Assembly: GCA_039680575.1 (NCBI GenBank)
Contig: JBDKSP010000071.1
Coordinates: 1-64,000 of the forward strand
DNA from: Armatimonadota bacterium
Lineage (GTDB): Bacteria > Armatimonadota > UBA5829 > DTLH01
Length of the DNA stretch: 64,000 nucleotides
Direction of reading: 5' to 3'
Shown here: in pieces, positions 8,829 through 18,872 of the stretch
Position numbering within the stretch: the first letter of the stretch is position 1
How the letters are laid out: every line of letters begins with the position of its first letter
Program-made: the position numbers and the translations under genes
Notes under the pieces: generated by a model
Told to the model about the DNA's origin: nothing
Database searches by the model: none
What the model saw: the letters and a program-made list of their open reading frames with translations, nothing else

Positions 8829-9187
8829 TAAATTCTGTATGACGGAAAGAAATGCGTCTACGGAATCATATATCGCCTGTGAAGAACAGTCATTAGCTGA
8901 GTATTGTATATATTACTACTCATTTCTGCATTAGCGGTCATCTGTTGATCATGTTTATGAAGCTCAACATTTTTCTGCTCAATAATAATAATTATCACAT
9001 TGTCTATTGACAACTTTAAGATTGCAAGCTATTAATATAGTGGTTAGCTGATAATGGTTAAATAGAAAGAACCGCAGGATGCACTTCCTATTACAGCCCC
9101 ACGACAAGAGAAGAGCAGGTCTCTAGCTAGTGCAAGCAGAGGACTTGCCGAAACCACACAACACTTCAACGTAAAGGAGAAACAGGT

Positions 9188-9898
9188 ATGAAAGTCACAA
9201 AAGTAGTACTAATCGTAGCAGTGCTTGTTATGGCACTTGCAGTCTCTGCGATGGCCAGTGAAACCAATTGGAAGTTCTTTGCAAACACCACAGGTAACCC
9301 GACAGGTATCCGGGTAGGCACGCTATCTACAGCAGGAGCTAATTCTGCATCCGTGAATTTAGTGACAGGAACCGGCTGCGCTATCTATGATCTTGCTGCA
9401 CCAACATACGGGACGACGAACCTTTTATCTATCGATATGACGGCACCCATAACAGAAGGAACGTCTAGAGCATGGACCATGCTGGTATGGGCTGGTAAGA
9501 GTTTTACAGGTAGCAGCATTACAGTGAATTGGCATGATGGTGGCTCTAGCTACCCTCTTCCCACCAAAATTGGTAACACTGAATATTCATTTAAGCTTAA
9601 GGTGGTTACAGATCCGACAGGCACATATGCTGTTGGCACAGAGTGGACTTTCCCTACTACGCTGTATAATTCCGGATCCTACTCTGCATCGCCGATAGTA
9701 TTTAATAAGAATATAAGTTCGATAATGTATAACCAAAAAAGTATCACTGATCTTTCTCCTGCTACTGGGGCTAATGGTGCACAGGCAATCAAACTGCAGA
9801 TTTCAATGGCTCCTACCGTTCCTGAGCCGGGCAGCATGCTTGCACTCGCAACCGGACTTATCGGTCTGGCAGGCGGAATCATTAGAAGAAAGAAGTAG
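9188..9898 (+). CDS. PEP-CTERM sorting-domain surface protein 2 (paralog of 8043)
   Basis: Near-identical signal peptide and VPEPGSMLALATGLIGLAGGIIRRKK tail. Confidence 0.93.
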   Translation: MKVTKVVLIVAVLVMALAVSAMASETNWKFFANTTGNPTGIRVGTLSTAGANSASVNLVTGTGCAIYDLAAPTYGTTNLLSIDMTAPITEGTSRAWTMLVWAGKSFTGSSITVNWHDGGSSYPLPTKIGNTEYSFKLKVVTDPTGTYAVGTEWTFPTTLYNSGSYSASPIVFNKNISSIMYNQKSITDLSPATGANGAQAIKLQISMAPTVPEPGSMLALATGLIGLAGGIIRRKK

Positions 9899-9920
9899 TT
9901 TTTATTTATTGAAACTCAAG

Positions 9921-9953
9921 CCCACAGCATTTTAGAGTGCCGCGGGCTTTTTT
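9921..9953 (+). terminator. Intrinsic terminator (paralog of 8795)
   Basis: GCCCACAGCATT-TTAG-AGTGCCGCGGGC-TTTTTT. Confidence 0.75.
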
Positions 9954-10004
9954 GTATAATCCTTATTTCACTCTATTCCTGTCATCTGTTCACCCTTACG
10001 ATAA

Positions 10005-10033
10005 TTGACACCATTTTCCCTCGGTGTTATAGT
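10005..10033 (+). promoter_or_regulatory. sigma70 promoter, probably giving a leaderless mRNA
   Basis: TTGACA-17-(TGn)TATAGT with ATG 10041 only 7 nt downstream and no SD sequence. Confidence 0.75.
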
Positions 10034-10040
10034 TTTTCAA

Positions 10041-10538
10041 ATGAAACCTGATGAGTTTACAATAGATATCCTTAAGATTCTTGAGAAAGATTCGCGCGCT
10101 ACACTCTCTCAGATTGCCGCTATGACTGGGAAAAGCGAAGATGAAGTGCAGAAAACAGTCGCTTTGCTTGAAGGCCAGGGGATAATCAGGCGTTACAAGA
10201 CCGTAATCGACTGGCAAAAAACTAGACTGGAGTGCGTCAACGCCTACATCGATGTCAAAGTCGCGCCGTCGAGAGGTGTCGGGTTCGATGACGTTGCCGA
10301 GCGCATCGCCAGATTCCCCGAAGTCCATTCGATCTATCTGGTATCTGGCGAGCTCGACCTTCGCATAATCGTGACAGGTAAGACCATCCTTGATGTGGCG
10401 CATTTTGTCTCCGAGAAACTGAGCACCATAGACCGCGTTCAGTCGACTATCACCCATTTTGTGCTGAAATGCTATAAGGAAGACTCCGAAATCTTCGGGG
10501 AACCGTCGGATGACAAGCGGCTGCCGGTAGTGCCATAA
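10041..10538 (+). CDS. Lrp/AsnC family transcriptional regulator (YugG/AlaR-like)
   Basis: N-terminal HTH (ILKILEKDSRATLSQIAAMTG) and C-terminal RAM domain (PEVHSIYLVSGELDL). Confidence 0.92.
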   Translation: MKPDEFTIDILKILEKDSRATLSQIAAMTGKSEDEVQKTVALLEGQGIIRRYKTVIDWQKTRLECVNAYIDVKVAPSRGVGFDDVAERIARFPEVHSIYLVSGELDLRIIVTGKTILDVAHFVSEKLSTIDRVQSTITHFVLKCYKEDSEIFGEPSDDKRLPVVP

Positions 10539-11728
10539 TGAAACCAATATCCCACCTGGTAAAGTCCGTTCCGCCATCGGGAATCCGGCGGTTTTTCGAT
10601 ATCGTTGCCCAGATGCAGGACGTTGTGTCGCTCAGCGTCGGAGAGCCGGATTTCGTGACACCTTGGAGGATCCGCGAGGCCTGCATCTACTCGCTTGAAA
10701 AAGGTTACACCAACTACACCTCGAACTATGGCTTGCTCGAGCTGAGAAAACTCATTTCAGCCTATCTCAGCAAGCGGTGGGGCGTGGAGTATAACCCGGA
10801 GAAACAGGTTCTGGTAACGGTCGGCGTAAGCGAGGGTCTGGACCTTGTAATGAGGGCGATATTGAACCCTGCCGATGAGGTCCTTGTCCCGGAGCCGTCC
10901 TATGTATCCTACAAACCCTGCGTGATGTTCGCAGGGGGCGTTCCCGTGCCGCTGCCTACGACCATCGAGACCGGGTTCAAGGTCACCCCGGAGCAGATCG
11001 AGAAAGCGATTACATCACGGACCAAAGCGATCCTCCTCAGCTACCCATCGAACCCTACAGGCGTAACGGCAAGCCGCGATGAGCTGCAGTCGATTGTCGA
11101 TATGGCTCGAAAACACGACTTGTTTATTATCTCGGATGAAATCTACGACCGCCTTACCTACGGCGGCTGCCATACCACCATGCCCTCGCTCGACGGAGCC
11201 TATGAGCGGACGATACTCCTTAACGGTTTCTCCAAAGCCTACGCAATGACGGGCTGGAGGATCGGTTACGCAGTAGCTATGCCGGATATTATAGAGGCTA
11301 TGATGAAAGTCCACCAGTATACTATGCTCTGCGCTCCGATGATGGCGCAGATGGCTGCAATCGAGGCGATGAAAAACGGCAGCAGCGAAAGCGATGAGAT
11401 GGTGGAAGAATACAACCGCCGCAGGCGGCTCATTACTTCAGGATTGAACTCCATAGGGCTCGACTGCATTCTTCCCGGCGGCGCGTTCTACGCTTTCCCG
11501 TCCATTCGGAGGACCGGGCTTACCGCCGAGGAGTTTACTGAAAGGCTCCTTATGGAGGAAAAGGTGGCGATAGTCCCCGGAACTGCATTCGGCGAGTGCG
11601 GCGAAGGCTATGTCCGATGTTCATATGCAACCGACACCGACAGCATCAAGCTCGCGCTGGAACGCATGAGCCGGTTCCTGGAGAAGATCGGCGCTGCCGG
11701 CAGTGTTAAAGCAACCAGGCGGGAATAG
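10538..11728 (+). CDS. PLP-dependent aminotransferase class I/II (YugH/AlaT-like)
   Basis: SLSVGEPDF, PSNPTG, ISDEIY, GFSKAYAMTGWRIG; translationally coupled to the Lrp gene (TAATG). Confidence 0.95.
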   Translation: MKPISHLVKSVPPSGIRRFFDIVAQMQDVVSLSVGEPDFVTPWRIREACIYSLEKGYTNYTSNYGLLELRKLISAYLSKRWGVEYNPEKQVLVTVGVSEGLDLVMRAILNPADEVLVPEPSYVSYKPCVMFAGGVPVPLPTTIETGFKVTPEQIEKAITSRTKAILLSYPSNPTGVTASRDELQSIVDMARKHDLFIISDEIYDRLTYGGCHTTMPSLDGAYERTILLNGFSKAYAMTGWRIGYAVAMPDIIEAMMKVHQYTMLCAPMMAQMAAIEAMKNGSSESDEMVEEYNRRRRLITSGLNSIGLDCILPGGAFYAFPSIRRTGLTAEEFTERLLMEEKVAIVPGTAFGECGEGYVRCSYATDTDSIKLALERMSRFLEKIGAAGSVKATRRE

Positions 11729-11748
11729 GCGCGGGCCTTCTGCGTCTA
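11722..11748 (+). promoter_or_regulatory. Putative ECF-sigma promoter
   Basis: GGAAT-16-CGTCTA; the same motif occurs at 25889 and 27790. Confidence 0.5.
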
Positions 11749-11813
11749 TGTAGAGAAAGACTAAGTGTTTGAAGCCGATGGCTGACCGCCGGAAGCTATA
11801 ACCACTGATTGAG

Positions 11814-14800
11814 GTGACTAAACTGCGCAAGCTTACTCTACTTTTAATAATTCTCCTCGGGTTGGTCCCCGCCATAGTGCTGGCTCAGGGAAAGCTGGCC
11901 GGCTATACGACCTGGGACGAAAACTATTTTTACGCCGCTTTTACCGTGGACGATCCCGATATAACCGGGACAAACACCTCGCCGTTTTCCAACCCCTGGG
12001 AAGACGATTCAGTCGAGATCTTCCTTGAGACGGACAACAAGCATGAGTCCGGCAGGTCCAAGTCCACTTACCACATGGCTGTCAGTTCCGCAGGCGGAGC
12101 AGCTTTCACCGAATCGGACGGCGGCGGCTGGCGGATCAAGAAGATACTTTCATTCAAATACGCCGCCATCTCAGATGGCTCCATAAGCAACCCGAACGAC
12201 CTAGACATAGGCTACACGGTCGAGATGGCTCTGCCCTGGAACGAACTCGGTGTCAAAGCCCCGACTCCAGGCACCATGATGAGTTTCAACGTAGTCGTGC
12301 GGATGCGAGGAGAGACGAACAAGTTCGTCAGCCTTTCTCCAGCGGTCAAAACAGAGGAAGAGATCCACGACGCATCGAAATGGGCGAACATAGTCTTCAC
12401 CGGAGCGGGGTTTGCAGTAGCAACTACATCGCTCGATAAGATAGTATCGGCCAAGTACATCGCCAGGATGCCTCTTATCGACGGTCAGGTAAGGCAAAAA
12501 GAGTGGAACAATAACACATCATTCGAACTGCCGCTGCCTATCGAAAAGCAGAAACTGCCCCAGCACCAGATTCAGAAAATGGTGCTTACACATTACTTCT
12601 ATTGGTACCAGGACAACCCCAGAAAAGCCGCTTCCTGCAAGTTCGTCAGGACAGGAGACGGAATGCTCGGGCTGAGCAACACCCCCGTCAACGGGACAGG
12701 CCCTTGGTTCTCTTACGACAGGGTGCAGTTGCACAAAAACGAGTTTTCGGACATGAAACGCGCGGGCGTGGACATCATGCTGCCTGTTTACCGGGGCGAC
12801 ACCGCAAGCCGCGCAGCTTACGCAGCCAAGGGACTGGACACCATAGCAGAGGCGCTGAGAGAACTGAAGTCCGAGAAAAAGCCCTACCCGCTTGTCGGGA
12901 TGTTCTTCGACACATCCTCAATGGCGCTGGCTTATAAAGACAACCCTCAGGCCAAAGACCCGGAAGATGTCAAACGGACCTTCTATGGGATGATGCGCGA
13001 TTTCTTCCTGCGAGTACCGGAGGAGTTCCGAGCGCAAGTGCAGATGTCGGATGAGCGCAAGGACCACCCGTGCTACATCGTTTATCTTTACTCGTGCGAG
13101 CCGGTCCCCGGGTTCGACGCGAGCTTCATATCTTATGCAAACGAGCGATTTGCCAAAGAGTTCGGCGCCCACATTCTATGGATGGGTGCTGAGGACTTCA
13201 AAGACAAACAGGCATCGTTCGATGCTTACTGTAACTATGGCGCGGGAATCAGCTCAGGCTATGACGATACGGCCAGGATCAGGGTAGCAACAATCGGTCC
13301 GGGTTACGATGACTGCGCCATAGCCGTTCGTGAGGCTCATATAAACGCCAGAAACGCAGGCGATATCTACAAGGCAGAATGGGCTGAAGCGCTCAATAAG
13401 CGGCCTAACTGGGTAGTGCTCGACGGGTGGAACAACCTTTCGGAAGGGACCGAGATCTGCGGAAGCAGGCAGTACGGGTTTGCTTATGTCGATACGACGG
13501 CACTCCAGACCCTGAAGTTCCGGGGTGCGAGAGAGTATGACGCCAAGTATATACGGCACAACCTTCCGGCAGTCATAGCCACCGGCGCGTTTTACCAAGC
13601 GGATATTACGGTGCAGAACGACGGCACGAAGCCTTGGAAAGCCGCAGAGGGTTATGCCCTTGGATACCGCTGGTATCAGAACGGCGCGCTGGTCGCGGAG
13701 AGCGGCATCAGGCGGCCTATTCAGTATGATGTTTTTCCGGGGCATTCGTCCAATATCACCATCGGAATTGCCGGTGTAACTAAAGACGGGCAAAACCTGC
13801 CGGAAGGCGACTACGATGTCCGGTTCGAGATGGTGCGGCTGGCTGATGATAAATGGTTCTCCACACTCGGAGATGACGGGTTCGTCGTGCCGGTCATAGT
13901 AGGCAAGGAGAACGATGTTCAGGCGAGATTTTTGAGCATCGACGGGCCGGTCATGATGAAAACCGGAGCCGTTTACCAGTTCGAGGTAACAGCAAGAAAC
14001 GACGGCGCTTCCACCTGGAAAGCCGGCTGGACACTCGGCTGCAAGCTCTTCAAAGTATCGAACTATGTGTATGGTGGGCCGAACGACTCGCGTGAAGAGG
14101 TCTCTATAGCGCCGGTGAGCGTCAGTCTGGGGAAGGATGTGCCGCCTGGTGAGACTGCCGAGGTCACGGTCAACATCAACCTGAAGGATGCGGCCGGGCA
14201 GCCAGTCCCTGTCTGGAAACAGACTGACCCATGGTCTTACCTCCTCAGATTCGATATACTGGACGGCTCAAAACCCATAACGGAAGACAATATTACATCC
14301 AATGAGAAGATAATAGATGTTTTCGAGAACGATTACAGCGCGAAGATAATCGCCTGTGACATACCTGATGAGATCGAAGCCGGAAAGACAATCACGTCCA
14401 AGGTCGTAGTAAAAAATAACGGAACGGACACATGGACAAAAGAGACTTACAGTATCGGCTGCCACTGGTATTACCTGGATGGAGTAGAAGCCGCATGGGA
14501 CGGTGAAAAGACCCCGATCAGCGGGCAGATCCTGCCGGGTATGCCCGCGATTATCAATGCAAAGCTGGCCGCGCCTCCTTATGATGGACATTATATCCTT
14601 GTATGGGACTTCTTTATAGACGGCAAGTGGGCTTCGGCCTCCGAAATCAGCCGTGGCAACGACATTCTTACGACGGAAGTGACTGTAAAGAACGGCAAAC
14701 TGCAGTTCGCCGACCTGTCGAAGCTGTATGATGTCGTCGGGACGAGCCCGGACCGGAACAGGGAGAGCGGCGGGTTCGACGGCAGCGGTCACTCATTCCC

Positions 14801-15302
14801 CGCCGAAATGATGCCGCCGGACACGAGTATGGGCAAGCCGAACGATATTTATCCGTGCTGTTATGGCTGGAAATCCGATCCTGCGGGGTTGGAGTCGCCA
14901 AGACACATCAGCTTCGTCTATGGTCCCAAGGCTGCAGGTGATAAGAACTCAATCGCCTGCGCGGGGCAGGCTGTAGCTGTGCCCAAGGCAAAATACGCAA
15001 AAATCCACATCCTCGGCGCGGCTATAGAACCCGACCAGGAAGCGGAGTTCGGACTTGGATACCAATCATCCGTCGAACCGGCAAAGGTCGTTATGAGTTC
15101 GTGGACGGGCGAGCCTGCACACGGCGAAGAGACAGGGCTGGCAACGCTCCACAGGCATTCCAAGGCGGGAGACGAGCCTGGAGTGAAGTGCTACCTGTTC
15201 CATTACACAATTCAGGTGGACCCGACAAAGCCGCTCGCATCCATTGTTCTGCCTAAGAACGACAAGGTGAGAATCACGGCAATAACGCTTGAAAAACATT
15301 GA
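11814..15302 (+). CDS. Secreted multidomain protein: CBM9-like sugar-binding domain, GH99/DUF5010-like TIM barrel, three Ig-like (NBR1-type) repeats
   Basis: Signal peptide; WDENYFY...WEDDSVEIF...YTVEMALPW (CBM9-like); HYFYWY, GPGYDD, WNNLSEGT (GH99-like); three NxGTxxW...G repeats. Confidence 0.7.
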   Translation: MTKLRKLTLLLIILLGLVPAIVLAQGKLAGYTTWDENYFYAAFTVDDPDITGTNTSPFSNPWEDDSVEIFLETDNKHESGRSKSTYHMAVSSAGGAAFTESDGGGWRIKKILSFKYAAISDGSISNPNDLDIGYTVEMALPWNELGVKAPTPGTMMSFNVVVRMRGETNKFVSLSPAVKTEEEIHDASKWANIVFTGAGFAVATTSLDKIVSAKYIARMPLIDGQVRQKEWNNNTSFELPLPIEKQKLPQHQIQKMVLTHYFYWYQDNPRKAASCKFVRTGDGMLGLSNTPVNGTGPWFSYDRVQLHKNEFSDMKRAGVDIMLPVYRGDTASRAAYAAKGLDTIAEALRELKSEKKPYPLVGMFFDTSSMALAYKDNPQAKDPEDVKRTFYGMMRDFFLRVPEEFRAQVQMSDERKDHPCYIVYLYSCEPVPGFDASFISYANERFAKEFGAHILWMGAEDFKDKQASFDAYCNYGAGISSGYDDTARIRVATIGPGYDDCAIAVREAHINARNAGDIYKAEWAEALNKRPNWVVLDGWNNLSEGTEICGSRQYGFAYVDTTALQTLKFRGAREYDAKYIRHNLPAVIATGAFYQADITVQNDGTKPWKAAEGYALGYRWYQNGALVAESGIRRPIQYDVFPGHSSNITIGIAGVTKDGQNLPEGDYDVRFEMVRLADDKWFSTLGDDGFVVPVIVGKENDVQARFLSIDGPVMMKTGAVYQFEVTARNDGASTWKAGWTLGCKLFKVSNYVYGGPNDSREEVSIAPVSVSLGKDVPPGETAEVTVNINLKDAAGQPVPVWKQTDPWSYLLRFDILDGSKPITEDNITSNEKIIDVFENDYSAKIIACDIPDEIEAGKTITSKVVVKNNGTDTWTKETYSIGCHWYYLDGVEAAWDGEKTPISGQILPGMPAIINAKLAAPPYDGHYILVWDFFIDGKWASASEISRGNDILTTEVTVKNGKLQFADLSKLYDVVGTSPDRNRESGGFDGSGHSFPAEMMPPDTSMGKPNDIYPCCYGWKSDPAGLESPRHISFVYGPKAAGDKNSIACAGQAVAVPKAKYAKIHILGAAIEPDQEAEFGLGYQSSVEPAKVVMSSWTGEPAHGEETGLATLHRHSKAGDEPGVKCYLFHYTIQVDPTKPLASIVLPKNDKVRITAITLEKH

Positions 15303-15333
15303 GAATACATCCCAAATAGAAGGATTTTCCATG

Positions 15334-15360
15334 AAAGCAGGAGCCGGCAACTCCTGCTTT
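15334..15360. terminator. Probable bidirectional terminator between convergent genes
   Basis: AAAGCAGGAG-CCGGCAA-CTCCTGCTTT. Confidence 0.7.
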
Positions 15361-15374
15361 CGCGTTTTTGAAGG

Positions 15375-16043
15375 CTAATACGCGCCGTTCCCGGTTATAA
15401 CGGCCGGTATGGTCCTTATCAGGATCAGCAGGTCGAGTTTGAGCGAACGGTGGTCTACGTAGTATACATTCAGCCGTACGCGGTCTTCATACGACAGCTT
15501 GCTGCGCCCGCTTACCTGCCACAACCCCGTAATTCCCGGCTTAACGGAGAGGATTTTGTCCTGGTATATTCCGAACTTCTCGATCTCCTCAAAACTGATC
15601 ATCCTCGGCCCTACCAGAGACATCTGCCCGAGGAGCACGTTCATCAGTTGCGGGAGTTCATCGATGCTCGTCTTGCGGAGGATCTTTCCGACGCGGGTAA
15701 CCCTTCTGTCAGAGCGAAGTTTGTGGTTATTTTCGAGCTCTTTGCGCTCTTCTTCGCTCGCATATTCCAGCGGATCGATACCGTCCAGCATTGTACGCAG
15801 CTTAAATGCGTTGAATTCGCGTTTTTCGCGTCCAACAACCTTGCGCTTGTGAAACAGCGGGCCGCGGGAATCCAATTTCACAGCCAGCGCGATTACCGGC
15901 AGGAACGGAAGCAAAACAATTACAAGCGGAAAGGATATTGCTATATCCAGCGCCCGTTTTTCCATTATATATAGCTTATGCATCTGCCTAATATCGTTAT
16001 GTATCATATCGCCGGGTTTTGCGAACCCATTGATGCTTCCCAT
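15375..16043 (-). CDS. Priming sugar transferase (polyprenyl-phosphate glycosylphosphotransferase)
   Basis: KRALDI, FKLRTM, RKTSIDELPQLMNVLLGQMSLVGPR, KPGITGLWQVSGR. Confidence 0.95.
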   Translation of the reverse strand: MGSINGFAKPGDMIHNDIRQMHKLYIMEKRALDIAISFPLVIVLLPFLPVIALAVKLDSRGPLFHKRKVVGREKREFNAFKLRTMLDGIDPLEYASEEERKELENNHKLRSDRRVTRVGKILRKTSIDELPQLMNVLLGQMSLVGPRMISFEEIEKFGIYQDKILSVKPGITGLWQVSGRSKLSYEDRVRLNVYYVDHRSLKLDLLILIRTIPAVITGNGAY

Positions 16044-16063
16044 GCGGGCTCTCCTTTGCTGTT

Positions 16064-17419
16064 TTATATTCTCATATTTGCCGAATTTATCTTCCTGCTG
16101 CCAAAAACATCAGATGCTTCCTGGTAGATATCCACCAAGCGCTCAGCTATCCTTCCCCAATCGTGGTTTTCCCTCACATAGGCAGATGCGTTCGAGCCGA
16201 TCCTGTGGCGCTTCTCCGGGGAGGTAAGCAGCTCGATTATTTTAGAAGCGAACTCCTCAGGCTGGTCTGCGGTCAGAAAATGTTCGCCGTCCCGAGCGGG
16301 AATTGCCGAGCAGGCTCTCGATGTCGCCACAATGGATTTGCCCATCGACATCGCTTCCAAAACCTTGTTCTGTATGCCCACCCCCACCGTAATCGGGCAC
16401 ACGGCTACGGCGGCGCGCGCAATGTACGGCCGGATGTCATCTACATAGCCGGTCACTGTGACTGAAGGGTCTTCCGCCAGTTTCTGTATGCTAGATGGAG
16501 GATCGGCGCCGACGATCAGGAATTTGACACCGGGTCTTGCCGTCTTTACGAATGGGTAGATATTCTCATAAAAATGCTTTACCGCGACGACATTCGCGTA
16601 ATAGCTCATCTTGCCCGAGAAAATTATCGTTTCCGGGTCTTCCGGCATATCCATCGAATGAAAATACTGATGGTCTACGCCGTTCGGCAGCACTGAGATG
16701 TGGCCTCCCTGGGGCATAAGCGCCTCGAGGCGCTGATCCTGCGATAATTCGATGAGTTCCCGGGTTGCCCTCCACTCCTCCAGCTCATTTTGTGTATCCA
16801 CGGACCGGGCTGGCATTTCTTGGATCTTAAGCCGCTTGCGTATCCTCTCCCAGAGCAGGCCTTCCAGCGCCTGCCGGTCACCCTGTGAGGTTATCACGAC
16901 CTTCTCGAACCGTTCCGAAATCATGGCTTCATAGACCCGCATCTTGGCCCATTCTTCCAGTGCTACAAACCAGGATATCGGGTTCTTTTTTGTCTTCAGA
17001 AACTGTTTCAGAAGCAGAGTAATACAGTCCACTGAGTCATAGACCTTTGGAAGGGAACCTATGTGGGACGCGAAGTGCGCTCCCCGGACATGCTCGACAT
17101 GAACGACATCAAACGGCTGCCTGATTATGAGGTCGTCTACAGCATGCGTCAGGTTCGGCAGGTAAGTATAGGCAGCCTGGAGCGGCATGCTTGTAAACAG
17201 CCGCCTCCCGCAGCTTGCAATCGACTGGAGCTTGCTCATCCTTACGGGTTTTACGTTGCAGCAGATATCCGACATCTCGTCAAGCGCCCGCCGGTCGTGC
17301 TCCGACTGCATGAGCGATACCAGTGTAACCTCATGATGTCTGGCAAGGTTCTTTATCAGATTGTAGGGCCTCACACGGATGCGTGAGGGAACATAAGGAG
17401 TAATATAGAGCACTCGCAT
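16064..17419 (-). CDS. Glycosyltransferase family 4
   Basis: GT-B motifs PNGVD, GIQNKVLEAMSMG; contains a ~45-aa insertion. Confidence 0.9.
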   Translation of the reverse strand: MRVLYITPYVPSRIRVRPYNLIKNLARHHEVTLVSLMQSEHDRRALDEMSDICCNVKPVRMSKLQSIASCGRRLFTSMPLQAAYTYLPNLTHAVDDLIIRQPFDVVHVEHVRGAHFASHIGSLPKVYDSVDCITLLLKQFLKTKKNPISWFVALEEWAKMRVYEAMISERFEKVVITSQGDRQALEGLLWERIRKRLKIQEMPARSVDTQNELEEWRATRELIELSQDQRLEALMPQGGHISVLPNGVDHQYFHSMDMPEDPETIIFSGKMSYYANVVAVKHFYENIYPFVKTARPGVKFLIVGADPPSSIQKLAEDPSVTVTGYVDDIRPYIARAAVAVCPITVGVGIQNKVLEAMSMGKSIVATSRACSAIPARDGEHFLTADQPEEFASKIIELLTSPEKRHRIGSNASAYVRENHDWGRIAERLVDIYQEASDVFGSRKINSANMRI

Positions 17420-17606
17420 GGCGCGACCACACTTTCATAAAATATCTAGGCAACCTCTGGTTTTGTCATTCTAGCCCGTATTTTCCATGAACAATGAGCT
17501 CTCACAATATTTCGCACAAAACCGCCTGATGGTTATTAATGAGTTGCTTTTCATTCTTTCCCAACTCCAACCCCGCGCAATCCTCCTTTAGCGCTGTAAT
17601 GCAATA

Positions 17607-18872
17607 TTACCGGTTTTTCATCTTGATCGGCGGCGGCGCGTTTTTCCTCCGTATAAACAGGCTGCGGTTATGTTTTTCCAGAACCAGCGTATCGAGCGCT
17701 TTGTCCAGCCTGTCCCAGATGGAATCCCAACCATAGTTCGACAGCACGAACTCTCTTCCCGCCTCCGCAAGCTGTTTTCGCAGTCCGAAGTCCGAAAGAA
17801 GCCTGAGAACAGCGTCCGAGAACGCCTGCGGTGTGTCGGCAATCAACAGATGGCGTCCATGCTCCGCCCCGATCCCCTCGCAGCCGACCGATGTGCTTAC
17901 AACCGGCAGCCCCATAGCCATCGCGTTCAATATTTTGACTCTCAGCCCGCTGCCGGACCTCAATGGAACGATGAATACCGCGGCTTCAGACGTCAGAGCC
18001 GACAGATCATGCACGAACCCTGTTACTTCGATAGTATTGTCCAATCTCGACAGCCTTTTGATACTGCCTGGGGGTTTGCTGCCTGCGATTACAAGCTTTA
18101 CGCCGTCCGAACGCGATTTTATCTCAGGGTATATCTCGTCCGCGAAATAAAGGATCGAGTCGATATTGGGAGGCCAGGACATCGTGCCGATGCTCAGGAT
18201 ATTTCTGGCGTTCGGGGATAGACCGGCTCTGGGAAAACTGTCGAAATCCACCCCGATAGGGATACAGGTTATGTTTCCAGAGCTCCGGCGCTCCGAGAGC
18301 AGCGTCGCTTTATCAGTCTCCGTCACCGTGAGTATCAGATCGGCCTTTTCACAAGCCGAAAGCTCCCACTTCTTAAGTTTCTTCCACTCGATGGCTGCAT
18401 AGAGTCCCTTTGCCGAAAGCCTTTCACCCTGAGCCATCCGCTCGATGATCTTCCACTCGACATTATGCTCGTCCAGGACCCAGGGGATATGGTCCCATCT
18501 ATCCATATACTGCGCCATCTGAAGATGATCGACATAGACCATATCGAACCCACCCGGCGCCAGCAGTCCATCTACGGTGCGCTGCATCTCCGCAACCCGG
18601 TCGCGCGCTATTATGAACGGATCATGGCTGAACAGGCTTCTCACGGCAAACTTCACATTTGCGGCGGCAGACCTTCGGATCGGCACTGTATGGACTTCCC
18701 TGCAGAACGAAGCCGCTACCCCCATCTGTTCAGCCGTCGGGTCTTCTCTTACGAAAGAGACCAGCACGACATCGTGCTTCACGCCCAGGTGGCGCAGGAT
18801 ATTGCAGCTTCTTATCGTCCCGCCGCAGACAGGCGGATAAGGAAACAGTTGGGTCAGAAAGAGTATCTTCAT
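17607..18872 (-). CDS. Glycosyltransferase family 4
   Basis: PYPPVCGG, DEHNVE, GSGLRVKILNAMAMG. Confidence 0.92.
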   Translation of the reverse strand: MKILFLTQLFPYPPVCGGTIRSCNILRHLGVKHDVVLVSFVREDPTAEQMGVAASFCREVHTVPIRRSAAANVKFAVRSLFSHDPFIIARDRVAEMQRTVDGLLAPGGFDMVYVDHLQMAQYMDRWDHIPWVLDEHNVEWKIIERMAQGERLSAKGLYAAIEWKKLKKWELSACEKADLILTVTETDKATLLSERRSSGNITCIPIGVDFDSFPRAGLSPNARNILSIGTMSWPPNIDSILYFADEIYPEIKSRSDGVKLVIAGSKPPGSIKRLSRLDNTIEVTGFVHDLSALTSEAAVFIVPLRSGSGLRVKILNAMAMGLPVVSTSVGCEGIGAEHGRHLLIADTPQAFSDAVLRLLSDFGLRKQLAEAGREFVLSNYGWDSIWDRLDKALDTLVLEKHNRSLFIRRKNAPPPIKMKNR

